Positions 49,058 to 59,616 of a stretch of DNA of 64,000 nucleotides are shown here, in pieces. This stretch comes from an uncultured Acidobacteriota bacterium. Lineage in GTDB: Bacteria > Acidobacteriota > Vicinamibacteria > Vicinamibacterales > UBA2999. Numbering within the stretch: the first letter of the stretch is position 1; each line of letters starts with the position of its first letter. The position numbers and the translations under genes were made by a program. Below the pieces are notes generated by a model. It had not been told where the DNA came from. It saw only the letters and a program-made list of their open reading frames with translations, and did not search any database. The stretch is from positions 133,932-197,931 of the forward strand of contig CAVWST010000041.1 of NCBI GenBank assembly GCA_963757735.1. The letters run 5' to 3'.

Positions 49058-52000
49058 TTAGTAGTTCACCGTGAAGTTCAGCCGCACGAACCGCGGATTG
49101 TAGATGCTGGTCGGCGTGCCCCAGCCGCTCGGCCGCGGAGCGTTGTCCGTGTTGTAGATGTAGGTGGTGTTGAAGCCGTCGCGTAGTTCGTGTTGAACAC
49201 ATTGTTCAGGTCCACACCGATGTCGGTGCGCGTGCGGCCGAACCGGACGATCTTCGCGAAGCGCATGTCGACCTGCGTCCGGCGCTCATCGGCGTAGATG
49301 CGGTGTCGTTGTGCACGAGCGGGATGGTGGTCGTCCCGTCGCGCGTCGCTCCCGGCGGCAGATGACCCAGCGCCGCGGCGATCACGGAGTTCGGCACCTG
49401 CCACGTGCGCCGAGGTTGCCGGCGTCCCGCCGAGCAGCTGCGATGGCTGCGAGCGCAGCACGGCGCTGACCAGCACGTCGATCTTCGGAATCGTGTAGCT
49501 CGCCAGACCGCGCGAACGTCGTCTGCCACGGCTCGACGTCGTCGCAGCCGCGCGGGTCGGGACCGCGAGTCGCACCGGTGCTGCGTTCACTTGGTTGTAC
49601 AGCGTCGTCCACGGCGCAGGTGTTGACGTGGCCTCGACCCGTGCTCGTGCCCGACCTGCGCGGTCAGGCCGTTGCGCAAGCGCGCGTTCACCGTCACGTC
49701 GAAACCATCCCACGCGCTGGCGCGCTCGGCGCCGAGGTCCGATCTCCTTCATCAGGAAGCGCTGCGGAGCGACCGCGTTCGCGGCCGCCGTCGGGACGTA
49801 CACCGTGACCGGATAGCCGCCGCCATCAGCCAGCCGCGAATCCTGCGGCGCCGTCAGCGTGTAGGTCTCGTAGAACGAGTTGATGTTGCCGCGGCGGGTC
49901 AGGTCGTCGGTGACGAAGAAGCCGTGGAACGATCGGTGCGTGTAGCTGAACTCCGCCGACACGCGCGGCATGATCTCCTGCTGCACGGTGACGGTCGTAC
50001 TGCGTGTCGCCCGGTCGCACGCCCCATCCGCTCAGCACGCCGGGATCGACCTGCGTCGCGGCGCCCAGCTTGCCGAAGTTCGGCGCGGTGCCAGTGGCGG
50101 CCGCGCAGTCGCCGTTGGCGTAGGGGTTCAGCAGGTCGCATCGACGACAGGTCGCCATTGCCGCCGGTCGCGATCGTTGCGTTCCAGCCGCGATTCGGGA
50201 CGTTGCGGACAACGGTGGCGCCGGGGTTCGTCGACGTATACGGTGAATCGTTCGCCGCGTACGCCAGGTACTTGCCGAAGTTGAACTTCACCGCCGTTTT
50301 GCCCGTTGCCGAAGACGTCATACGCGACACCAACGCGCGGCGTGAGGTCGTTGTACGCGTCCACGCCCGGTGTGCGCTGGAATCGTGATCGGCTGGGGAT
50401 TGAGGAACGACGTGTTGCGTCGTGCCGTTCAGTTCCGACCGGCGCGTAGCTCGACGCGCGGTCCCAACGCAGCGCGCCCTGCAGCGTGAGACGGCCGTGC
50501 GTCCAGCTGTCCTGCACGAAGATGCCGTGCGTCTTCGTGATCGTGCGGCGGCCGAAGTCGGGCAGGTAGTAGCTGACGGCGTTCGGCAGGCCCTGGTTGA
50601 AGCGGTAGCCAAGCTGCGTGCTCGTTCGCGACGTCCTTGTCGAGCAGGTCGAGCTGCCGGTACTGGTAGCCGACCTTCATGTTGTGCGCGCCGGTCACGT
50701 ACGCCGCCGACGCCGATAGTCATCGGTCTTGCCGGTCGCAGGGCCCCAGCTCTCGACGCCGCGATAGCGGTAGTTCGCCACCGGCGCGTACGGCAGGCCG
50801 GTCGCCGGGTTGACCGCGTTCGACTGTTCGGTGACCGGAATCAGGTTGGTGATGGCGTCCGGCGCTGGATGGCCGAAGATCGGCTGATAGCGGAACGCCG
50901 TGTAGCCAGCTTCGAACAGCAGCTGGTTCGACGCCGCCATCGTCCAGGTGCCCTGGTTCACGTAGAACGGCACGTCGAAGTAGCCGCGGCCCGCGGTGGA
51001 CGTGGCTTCCGGCGACATCTGCGTCGGCGCCGGGTTGTTGCCGAGACCGATCCAGTCCTCGCCGCGATTGTGGCAGCCCTCGGCGTCGACGCGTGAGCGG
51101 CGTGCCCTCGCAGCGATGCTGGTACTCGGAGTTGAACGCGGACGCGGTGCTTCCCGAACTGCCCCGTCATGCGGCCGATGACATCGTGCGGTCCTGCACA
51201 GACGCGCTTCGATCGGCGAGCCGACCCAGTCCCAGCGCGCCGGGTCGCCCGCGTTGGCGTTGGCGAGAATGCCTTCCATCGGCATCTGCCGTGCTCAGGT
51301 CGCGGTAGCTGCCGTAGAACCAGAGTCGATCGCGCTTGATCGGACCGCCGAGCGAGGCGCTCCAGTCGTACGCGTTGACGACGCCGGGGTTCGGCCGCAG
51401 GTTCGGGTTGAGCGCCTGGATCTCGTCGTCAGGTTGTCGCCGCTCGACCACTCGCCGGCGTTGCTGAAGAACGCGCTGCCGGAGAAGTTGTTGCCGCCCG
51501 AGCGCGGGACGATGTTCATCACCGGCCCGCCGATGTCGCTCTCTCCGAGGCCGCCGCCGACGGTGATGGCGACTTCCTCGGCGTTGACGGTGTCGTAGAC
51601 GTACGACGAGAAGCCGCCGCTGCGCGCCGCCGTCAACGGGAAGCCGTTGATCGCATAGCGGCCTTCGCCGGCGACGGACGTCGAGTTGATCGTGCTCGAG
51701 CGCGCGTTGAACGAGGTCATCGTCGGCGACATCGCGACGCCGGTGTCGCCGACGAATGATGCCGGGCGTGGCGTTGAGCAGCGCGCCGGCGGCGCGCGTC
51801 GCAGGAATCGTCTGAATGGTCTCGCTGTCGAGAACGATCTCGCGACGGGCGTTCTGCACGTCCACGACCGGCGACTCGCCCGTGACGGTGATCGTTTCCT
51901 CGAGGCCGCCGACCCGCATGTCGATGGGGATGGTCAGCGTCTGCGAGCCGGTGAGCTCGATGCCCTCGCGCTTGACGGTGTTGAAGCCGGGCAGCGTGAA

Positions 52001-52255
52001 CGTCAGCGTGTAGGTGCCAGGCCGCAGGTCGACGATGCGGTACTGGCCGGTGTCGTCGGTGACAGCCGTGCGGACTTTCTCGATGAGCGCAGGGCTCGCA
52101 GCTTCGACCGTCACGCCTGGCAGCACGCCGCCGGACGCGTCACGGACGGTTCCCGTGAGGGACGCCTGGGCAAATACGGATGCCGGAAGCAGGAGAACAA
52201 CGAGGAGCGTCAAACACTTCACTACTGTTCGCATACAGCGCGTCTTTCCCTTCAA
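49058..52255 (-). pseudogene. TonB-dependent receptor with N-terminal CarboxypepD_reg domain, roughly 10 or more frame breaks
   Basis: The N-terminus is in 51167..52255 (signal peptide, then SLTGTVRDASGGVLPGVTVEAASPALIEKVRTAVTDDTGQYRIVDLRPGTYTLTFTLPGFNTVKREGIEL..). Plug and barrel pieces alternate among all three minus frames (51295..51732, 50695..51285, 50128..50517, 49899..50723, 49078..49986). My translation of the 3' end gives ..GWGTPTSIYNPRFVRLNFTVNY, with the stop at 49058-49060. Confidence 0.85.
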
Positions 52256-52544
52256 GTTATGGACAAGAGCGGCATCGCGGCCGCGTTGCCACGTCAGACT
52301 CCGGCACTACCTATTTAAGGGCACTTGCATACAGGGCGCAGAAAATTATGCGGCGTGGAGCGAGAATGTCAAGGAATTCGTCGTGATTTATGATACCAAT
52401 GTCCCTCCGCGGCCCACTCTTGCATGCAGCCACACGCGGCGGAGGGCTCGGATCCAAAAACCTGGTCTGATTTCCGCGAGAATTTCAGGCGATTCGGTAC
52501 TCCACCAAGCTCGATCCAATGGGGTGAATTGAGGGGACTCTCAC

Positions 52545-53333
52545 ATGTCGAATCCGTCTGAGCTGCTGGCATCCGGCCCCGTCGCTCGCCCGAGCTCCTC
52601 GGACGTCGCCTCCCACGCGGCGCGCGCCCTGTTCAGCCTGCGCGAATCGCTGATGCGCGGCGAGTTCGCTCCCGGCGAGCGGATGTCCGAGCTGCCGCTC
52701 GTGGCGCGACTCGGTGTCTCGCGGACGCCCATTCGACTCGCACTCGAACGGCTCGCGCACATGGGTCTGCTCGACATCAGCGCGAGCGGCGGATTCACCG
52801 TGCGCGGATACAGCGCGGCAGAAGCCCTGGATGCAATAGAGATTCGCGGCGTGATTGAAGGCACGGCGGCGCGCCTTGCAGCGGAGCGGCTCGTCGATGT
52901 GTCAGAGGTCGAAACCTTGCGTCGTCTCGGTGGCGAGATGGATCGCCTCGAACGTCTCACGCTCGACTCATTCGCGCACTACATGGATCTCAACGAAGCG
53001 TTCCACCTTGCGATGATCGACCTCGCGAAGAGTGTAATGGTGAAGCGGGCGTTCGAGCAGGCCGTGTCACTGCCGTTTGCGTCACCGAGCGCGATGGTAT
53101 TCCCCACGTCAGGCCTCGCCGACGCAGACGAAGCGCTCGCCATCGCAAAGCAGCATCACCGCAGCATTATCGATGCGATTCAGACCAGACAGGGCACGCG
53201 CGCCGAACATCTCGCACGCGAGCACGCGTTCCTCGGTAGACGCGTCCTGGCGATGGCGTTGTCTGACAGCGAGACCCGCAGGAGGATCCCGGGGGCATCG
53301 CTCATTAATCCGTCCACACCGGCAAGAACCTGA
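52545..53333 (+). CDS. GntR/FadR-family transcriptional regulator (wHTH + FCD domain)
   Basis: 262 aa: ..LRESLMRGEFAPGERMSELPLVARLGVSRTPIRLALERLAHMGLL.., followed by a helical FCD-like C-terminus. Confidence 0.85.
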   Translation: MSNPSELLASGPVARPSSSDVASHAARALFSLRESLMRGEFAPGERMSELPLVARLGVSRTPIRLALERLAHMGLLDISASGGFTVRGYSAAEALDAIEIRGVIEGTAARLAAERLVDVSEVETLRRLGGEMDRLERLTLDSFAHYMDLNEAFHLAMIDLAKSVMVKRAFEQAVSLPFASPSAMVFPTSGLADADEALAIAKQHHRSIIDAIQTRQGTRAEHLAREHAFLGRRVLAMALSDSETRRRIPGASLINPSTPART

Positions 53334-53563
53334 CCTCGACAACTGGTGGAACGGATGGTGCCTGGAACCACGGTGGTGGTTTATCAGGATACGAACTATC
53401 GAGGGATAGCCGGGTCCTGATTGGCAACCAACCAGACCTCGACGATCTGCCGGGCTGCGGTGGCGCCGGCGCTGACTGGGACGACTGTATTTCGTCGATT
53501 CAGGTCCGACAGCGCTAGTATACTTTTTCCATTTCGTGGTGTCTAACGATCGAACGCCACGAG

Positions 53564-54721
53564 ATGGACTTCTCACACTTCGTTCAGCTGATCGCCATCG
53601 GTCTGCAGGCGCGCATTCCGATGCACATCACCGGTTTTCCCGGTGTCGGCAAGACTGAATTCACCAAGAGCCTCGAGGCGGGATTCACCCGCGCCGGCAT
53701 CAAGTGCAAGGTCTTCATCCTCGTGGGCTCGATCCGCGAGCCGCAGGACTTCGGCGGCTTTCCAGTGTCGACGCCTGACGGCGTGCGACTGCTGCCGATG
53801 GCGTGGGCACGCGATGCGAAGCGCCTTGCCGAGGAGGGCTATCTCGTCATCATCTTTCTCGACGAGCTCACAACAGTTCCTCCGACGACGCAGGCAGCGA
53901 TGCTGCGGCTGCTGACCGAGAACGTATGCGGTGAGTTGCAGTTGCCAGATTACGAGCCGGGCAAAGGGGGCGTGGTCTATTTGTGCGCAAGCAACGCCGT
54001 TGAATGGGCAGCCGGGGGACAAGAGATCCAGGCGCCGATGGCGAATCGTCTGTGGCATGGCGAGTTCCCCATGGACCACGAGACGTGGTGCGACATGATG
54101 GTGAGCGACTTCCCTGCTCCGACCAACCTGCCAGTGCTGTCGGATGACTACCTGCGGACGCACCATCATCGACAGCGTGCGTTGATCGCGGCGTATGTCA
54201 GAGCAGCGGGACGTGATTCGTGGCTGGCGCCACCTGACGATCCGGCGCGACGCAGTGGTCCATGGCCATCGGGTCGCACCTGGTATCTCGCGTCACGACT
54301 GCTTGCCGCGATCGAAGCCGTGTCTCCCGGCAATCGTGTGCTGCAAGGCGCCGCGCTCGCGGGACTCGTCGGCGATCAGGCGCTCCCCTTTCTCGAGTAT
54401 CGCGAGACGCTCAATCTGCCGGATCCTGAGGACATCCTGAAGGACCCCCGCGCTCTTGTATTGCCCGACCGAACCGATCGTGCATACGCGGTGTGCTACG
54501 CGCTCGTCGGTGCGGTCTTGAACAACAAGACGCCGGAACGGTGGCAGTCAGCGATGATCGCGCTCGGCGTGGCCAGTCGGAAGAACGCGGACATCCCGAC
54601 CGCTGCGGCACGCACGCTGTGCGACAAACGCAATCGCCCTGAAGGGGCGATCAAGTTGCCGGATGAGTGTCGGCCGTTCTACGAGCTGATGCAGGTGGCG
54701 AAGGTCATTCCACGAGAGTAA
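53564..54721 (+). CDS. MoxR/AAA_5-type ATPase with a ~200-aa helical C-terminal extension
   Basis: 385 aa. Walker A GFPGVGKT (53633-53656) and Walker B IIFLDELT. No N-terminal domain precedes the P-loop. Confidence 0.85.
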   Translation: MDFSHFVQLIAIGLQARIPMHITGFPGVGKTEFTKSLEAGFTRAGIKCKVFILVGSIREPQDFGGFPVSTPDGVRLLPMAWARDAKRLAEEGYLVIIFLDELTTVPPTTQAAMLRLLTENVCGELQLPDYEPGKGGVVYLCASNAVEWAAGGQEIQAPMANRLWHGEFPMDHETWCDMMVSDFPAPTNLPVLSDDYLRTHHHRQRALIAAYVRAAGRDSWLAPPDDPARRSGPWPSGRTWYLASRLLAAIEAVSPGNRVLQGAALAGLVGDQALPFLEYRETLNLPDPEDILKDPRALVLPDRTDRAYAVCYALVGAVLNNKTPERWQSAMIALGVASRKNADIPTAAARTLCDKRNRPEGAIKLPDECRPFYELMQVAKVIPRE

Positions 54722-54724
54722 TCC

Positions 54725-56029
54725 GTGCTCAGCAAGCTCACCGAATTGATTCGCGGAATGGATCGGCGCGGCGGGGGCTACTCGCGCGCGCTCGCGGCCG
54801 CGCGAGTGCGCGCCTCGTATCAACGCGCCTACTTCGCGCCCGCGCTATTCAGCCTGATTCCCGTCAAGACGGATCAGATCGCGAGCATGGCAGTCGATAC
54901 ACACTGGCGTCTCTACTACAACGACGCCTGGCTCGCGGCGCACAGCGTCGAAGAGAACGCCGCGGTGCTGATTCACGAGGTCAGTCACCTGCTCCGAGAG
55001 CACGAAGCTCGCAAGCAGGCGTCAGCCGCGAAGGACGTCACGCTCTGGAACACGGCCACCGACTGTGAGATCAACGACGACCTCGTGGGCGAAGGGCTGC
55101 CGCTTCCTGACGACCCTCCGCTGCCGGGTACGTTCGGACTGAACACCGGCGAGAACGCCGAGACTTACTACCGCCATTTGCATGTGGAGGGGTCAGACCC
55201 TTCGCCACAATCGGACACCGACTGCGGCTCTGGCGCGCACGGCGAACGACGACCGTGGGAGCTGCCCGCCGACGACGGCGGCGCGGGTGGCGTGCCGGGA
55301 GTGGATCCAGTCAAGGCGGAGCTCGTACGGCGCGACGTCGCTCAGCAGATCCTCGATCGCTCGGGCGATGCCGGCGATGCCCCACTGGGCTGGCGCCGAT
55401 GGGCGAACACCGTCCTGACGCCGAAGGTGGACTACATGGCCACCATCCGGCACGCCGTGCGCAAGGCGCTGCGCGAGAGCACGCTCGGACGATACGACCG
55501 CACATACAGCCGGCCGCATCGGCGGCAAGCCGCGTACGGCGAGTTCATCATGTCGTCATTTCACCAGCCGCGTCCGAGGCCCGGCTTTCTGATCGACACC
55601 TCGAGCTCGATGCAGGACACACAACTGGCGAGAGCGATTGCTGAACTCGGAGGACTTACGCGTCAGCTGGGTTACGGCACCGATGTCGTCGTGGCCTGCT
55701 GCGACGCAGCCGTACACAACGTGAAGAGAGCGTTCAACGCCTCGCAGGTGGAGTTGTACGGCGGGGGCGGCACAGACATCGGCGCCGGCCTTCGCTGGTT
55801 CACTGAACGCAGGAGCGGCCCGGTCGATCTCCTCGTTGTCGTCACCGACTGTCAGACACCGTGGCCGGACGAGACGCCACCCTTCCCTGTGATCACGATT
55901 CGCGTGGGCGATGGCCCACCGCCGCCCTGGGGCGATCGCGGAGCGAACAAAGTGATTACCATTGAAGACCCAACGCCGGTGAAGACCACGCCGACGTGGA
56001 ACGAGAGGCGCCAACGATGGCAGGTGTGA
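54725..56029 (+). CDS. HExxH metallopeptidase-like domain fused to a VWA-like domain (DUF2201_N + DUF2201 architecture by recollection)
   Basis: 434 aa. The GTG start is 3 nt after the AAA stop. HEVSH lies at 54974-54988 (VLIHEVSHLLREHEAR) and the MIDAS-like DTSSS at 55595-55609, followed by ..YGGGGTDIGAGL..VVVTDCQTPWP. Confidence 0.8.
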   Translation: MLSKLTELIRGMDRRGGGYSRALAAARVRASYQRAYFAPALFSLIPVKTDQIASMAVDTHWRLYYNDAWLAAHSVEENAAVLIHEVSHLLREHEARKQASAAKDVTLWNTATDCEINDDLVGEGLPLPDDPPLPGTFGLNTGENAETYYRHLHVEGSDPSPQSDTDCGSGAHGERRPWELPADDGGAGGVPGVDPVKAELVRRDVAQQILDRSGDAGDAPLGWRRWANTVLTPKVDYMATIRHAVRKALRESTLGRYDRTYSRPHRRQAAYGEFIMSSFHQPRPRPGFLIDTSSSMQDTQLARAIAELGGLTRQLGYGTDVVVACCDAAVHNVKRAFNASQVELYGGGGTDIGAGLRWFTERRSGPVDLLVVVTDCQTPWPDETPPFPVITIRVGDGPPPPWGDRGANKVITIEDPTPVKTTPTWNERRQRWQV

Positions 56030-56035
56030 CCTGAC

Positions 56036-56599
56036 ATGCGGCCGTGGGGCCGACAGGCACTGACGATTCCGCCCAACTCCAGAAATGCCTGGATCCATCT
56101 GGCGATCTGGGAGCTCTGGATGGGCATGATCGTGTGCGTCACGCTCGGGCTCGGCGGCGCTCTCATCGCCACGACTCCGAACCGCATCGTCGTCGTCGCA
56201 GATCTCACCAACTGCTACGCGCCTCCCCCGGTTGCGCTCCCGTGCGAGCGGATGGTGTATCGAGGGGGCGCACTGGACGCCGCGTTTACCTCACTGTGCG
56301 GCCTGATGCTGATTGGCGTCGCCCTGTGGTTTCTCTGGGAGCTGTGGAGCGCGGTCGAGCCGAAGCCGATCACAGACGACTTCCTGCGTCTGCTGCACGA
56401 CTCGTTCAGTCGTGACTGGCGCAATCCGTTCACCTGGCCGTGGGCGCGAGTGTTGTGGGCGTACGGCTTCACTGTTGTCGGCGTCGTGCTGACGGCTGGA
56501 GTCGGACTGATGCTCTGGATGTTGGTCGTCCCATCGGCCTCGACCAGCACACCCACTGTCAAGGTCAAGACGTCACAGAGCTACACGCTCGGCAAGTAG
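56036..56599 (+). CDS. Three-TM membrane protein, third gene of the AAA/VWA cassette
   Basis: 187 aa. The ATG is 6 nt after the upstream stop. Hydrophobic segments MGMIVCVTLGLGGALIA, LCGLMLIGVALWFLWELW and YGFTVVGVVLTAGVGLMLWMLVV. Confidence 0.6.
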   Translation: MRPWGRQALTIPPNSRNAWIHLAIWELWMGMIVCVTLGLGGALIATTPNRIVVVADLTNCYAPPPVALPCERMVYRGGALDAAFTSLCGLMLIGVALWFLWELWSAVEPKPITDDFLRLLHDSFSRDWRNPFTWPWARVLWAYGFTVVGVVLTAGVGLMLWMLVVPSASTSTPTVKVKTSQSYTLGK

Positions 56600-56642
56600 C
56601 CACTCGGAAAAGCGCCAGGCCTGTCGCGGTTTCATCGGCATC

Positions 56643-58205
56643 ATGAGGGAACTCGAAGGACTCATCGGTCTCGTCCTCGCGGCCGTTCTCGTGGCAGCGG
56701 CGGCACGGCGCGTCGGCGCACCCTATCCAGTCTTCCTCGCGCTGGGCGGTGCGCTGCTCGCTTTTCTCCCGGGCGCGCCCACGCTCATCGTCCCTCCCGA
56801 GCTTGCGTTGGCAATCTTCATCGCGCCAGTGCTGCTCGATGCCGCGTACGACGCATCGCCACGAGATCTCAGAGACAACTGGGCGCCCGTCCTCAGCCTC
56901 GTCGTCTTTGCAGTCGGGCTCACGACGATCGCCGTGGCTGTCGTCGTACATACGCTGATACCTGCGATGTCATGGGCGCCGGCGATCGCGCTCGGCGCCA
57001 TCGTCGCTCCACCTGACGCCGCCGCGGCAACGGCGGTGCTTCGCGGATTGCGACCGCCTCAGCGTCTGCTGACGATCCTCGAAGGCGAGAGCCTGCTGAA
57101 CGACGCGAGCGCGTTGCTGATCTATCGACTCGCGGTAGGCGCGGTCGCCGTCAATGGCTTCTCCATTCAGGCGGTCGCGCCCACATTCCTGTTCGCCGTC
57201 GCCGGCAGCGTCGTCGCAGGGCCAGCGCTTGGCTGGTTGTTCCTGCGCCTGATCGATCGGGTGCAGCACGTACCGACCGCGATCATCCTGCAGTTCGCCA
57301 CCACTTTCGGCGTGTGGATCTTCGCCGATCGGATTGGTCTGTCCGCCGTCCTCACCATGGTGTGTTATGCGGTGACGGTCGCGCGCAGCGCGCCCGAACG
57401 CACGCCCGCTCGGATTCGCATCCCGTCGTACGCCGTGTGGGAATCGGCGGTGTTCCTGCTGAACATCCTCGCCTTCATCTTCATCGGCTTGCAGATCCGC
57501 CCGATCATCGATCGCATCGAGCCCGGACTTCGCGGCCGATACTTCTTCGTCGCCGGTGCGGTACTCGTGACGGTGATCGTCGTCCGCATTGCCTGGCACA
57601 TGTCGTTCAACGCCGTCATCAGATGGCGCGACCGACGACACGGTTTCAATCCACCGCGTCCGATGCTACGGCCGACTGTCGGCAGTGGACTGGTGATCTC
57701 GTGGGCCGGCATGCGTGGCATCGTCTCGCTCGCTGCCGCGCTGGCGCTACCAGGAGCGTTTCCGTTTCGCGATTTGATTGTGCTGACGGCGTTCTCAGTG
57801 GTGGTCGGGACGCTGGTGATTCAGGGACTGACGCTCAAGGCGCTGTTGCGCGCGCTCAATCTGCAGGACGATGACCCCGTTGGCCGCGAACTCGCGTCGG
57901 CACGTGCGCGTGCGCTGAGCGCCGGGCTCACGAGCTTCGAGCGCGATCGGTCGCCGGTCGCCGACGCCGTCCGCGAGGAGTTCACCGCACATCTCGCTCC
58001 GGCTGATGCGAATCGGAACGGTGATGGACGGCATGCCGCGCACAGCGATATCCATCGCGGCGCCCTTCAGGCCGCGCGCCAGGCGGTTATCGACATGCGC
58101 GCCAACGACGAGATCGGCGACGATGCGTTTCACCAGATGGAAGAGGAATTGGATTGGCTGGAGATGGCGGGCGGCGGGAAAGAGGAGCCCGAATCGAGAG
58201 ACTAG
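56643..58205 (+). CDS. Na+/H+ antiporter (CPA1, NhaP type) with a cytosolic C-terminal domain
   Basis: 520 aa: ..LLTILEGESLLNDASALLIYRLAV.., multi-TM. Confidence 0.85.
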   Translation: MRELEGLIGLVLAAVLVAAAARRVGAPYPVFLALGGALLAFLPGAPTLIVPPELALAIFIAPVLLDAAYDASPRDLRDNWAPVLSLVVFAVGLTTIAVAVVVHTLIPAMSWAPAIALGAIVAPPDAAAATAVLRGLRPPQRLLTILEGESLLNDASALLIYRLAVGAVAVNGFSIQAVAPTFLFAVAGSVVAGPALGWLFLRLIDRVQHVPTAIILQFATTFGVWIFADRIGLSAVLTMVCYAVTVARSAPERTPARIRIPSYAVWESAVFLLNILAFIFIGLQIRPIIDRIEPGLRGRYFFVAGAVLVTVIVVRIAWHMSFNAVIRWRDRRHGFNPPRPMLRPTVGSGLVISWAGMRGIVSLAAALALPGAFPFRDLIVLTAFSVVVGTLVIQGLTLKALLRALNLQDDDPVGRELASARARALSAGLTSFERDRSPVADAVREEFTAHLAPADANRNGDGRHAAHSDIHRGALQAARQAVIDMRANDEIGDDAFHQMEEELDWLEMAGGGKEEPESRD

Positions 58206-58256
58206 CGGGGCGTCGCGAGAGGCGGGTCCAAAGGCCCGCCTCCACGTGTCACACGC

Positions 58257-59438
58257 TTAGTTGTTGCCGCGGCCGCCACCAGCCGCGCCACCGCGACCTG
58301 CACCACCGCCGCGCGCCGGCTCGACGTACTCGGGGATCTTCTCCCCGCGGGCGGCTGCCTCTGCGCGCCGCTTCTCTTCCGCGCGCGAACCCGCGAGGAG
58401 ATTCGGCATCGCGTAATTCCCCTCGTGGCATCCGTACTCAAAGTAGCCGTAGGTATCTTCACGGGGGATCGGCAAGCGCAGCGTCCACGGCGCAGCGTAG
58501 ACCTTCGGGTCGTTGATCGTCATCCGGTAGTCGAGCGTGTTCGGGTCAGCGAGCGTGAACCGTTCGGTCAGGACACCCTGGTCCGACAGCGGCTGACCGT
58601 TGATCGGCGACTCGGGCTTGATGTTGCGTGTCTCGACGACGAGCACATCGCCTTCCCAGTGACCGACTGACGTGCCCATCCAGTTCTGGACACCCGAGCC
58701 CACCTGGTTGCGGCCGTCCGTCGGGATGACGCGCGTCTCGTGGATCATCTCGTTCTGAAACGCAAGCCAGCCTGGTCCCTGCACGATGCGGCTGCCCGAG
58801 TTGTAGATCTTTGGAGTGATCGAATTCAGGACCCCGGTGCTGATGCAGCGGTCGTAGTTGCTGCGATCCGTCGTCCAGTCGGCCTCGATGCCGTTCAGTT
58901 GCTTGCGGCGGGCGGCCTGCGCCTGCTGACGCTTCTCTGCCGCGGCCTGTGCGGCCGGAGTCAATGCCGGAATGCGCCCATCCGGAGGATCGATGACGTA
59001 GGAAGACACGCGGCTGACGCTTCGCGCGCGCTCGAGCCAGTGCGGCGGTGGCGAGACGGCGCCACCGACGGTGCCAAACCTCTTCTCGAACTCCTCTGCG
59101 CGCTCCAGCGAGAACTCATCGCTGTTGTCGTTGGCGACGTTCTGGTCGCGCTGCGCAACGCGCTGCTTGAATTCATCGTCGTTCAGCTGATACCGCGTGC
59201 CGACCGTCTGCGCACGCTGCATCGGAATGCCCTGCAGATCGTTGGCGTTGTAGGTGCCCTGCAGATCGGGTTCGCCCCACGGCGTCTTCGGCACCTTGAA
59301 GCTGCCGAGCGCCGGAACGCTGCCATCGGCGGCCATAACGCCGGGCGAGTCAACCTTTCCCTGACCGGACACACCAGTGGTTGCAAGAACTGCGATGACG
59401 GCCATCGCCGTCAGGCTCCCGAGAATGAGACGTTTCAT
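58257..59438 (-). CDS. Secreted protein of unknown function (same family as 4248..5138 and 8289..9350)
   Basis: Internal ATG at 59438 (MKRLILGSLTAMAVIAVLATTGVSG) in track ORF 58257..59543. Motif WMGTSVGHWEGDVLVVETRNI. Gly/Arg-rich tail. Confidence 0.75.
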   Translation of the reverse strand: MKRLILGSLTAMAVIAVLATTGVSGQGKVDSPGVMAADGSVPALGSFKVPKTPWGEPDLQGTYNANDLQGIPMQRAQTVGTRYQLNDDEFKQRVAQRDQNVANDNSDEFSLERAEEFEKRFGTVGGAVSPPPHWLERARSVSRVSSYVIDPPDGRIPALTPAAQAAAEKRQQAQAARRKQLNGIEADWTTDRSNYDRCISTGVLNSITPKIYNSGSRIVQGPGWLAFQNEMIHETRVIPTDGRNQVGSGVQNWMGTSVGHWEGDVLVVETRNIKPESPINGQPLSDQGVLTERFTLADPNTLDYRMTINDPKVYAAPWTLRLPIPREDTYGYFEYGCHEGNYAMPNLLAGSRAEEKRRAEAAARGEKIPEYVEPARGGGAGRGGAAGGGRGNN

Positions 59439-59616
59439 GTGCTCTCCGTCAGCGGGCCGAGAAATGTCGCCCGCCATGCGTCCGTTCAGTCTACCGCTGA
59501 TGCCTCCTGTGCGGTGAAATTTGCGCGAGTGCGAGGCTGCCACGAGCTCGTCGGCGGCGCTCTCCTTGACACACTAGGAGAAGGCGCGTAGGCTCCTAGG
59601 CATTCTAGGAGAGCCG

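Noticed and set aside
52256-52544. 290-bp lower-GC divergent intergenic region, examined for an RNA gene or riboswitch; the region upstream of kdpF was also examined for a c-di-AMP (ydaO-type) riboswitch
   Set aside because: I could not recognise any conserved riboswitch, tRNA or sRNA structure by eye. A covariance-model scan (Rfam/Infernal) would be needed, so nothing is claimed.
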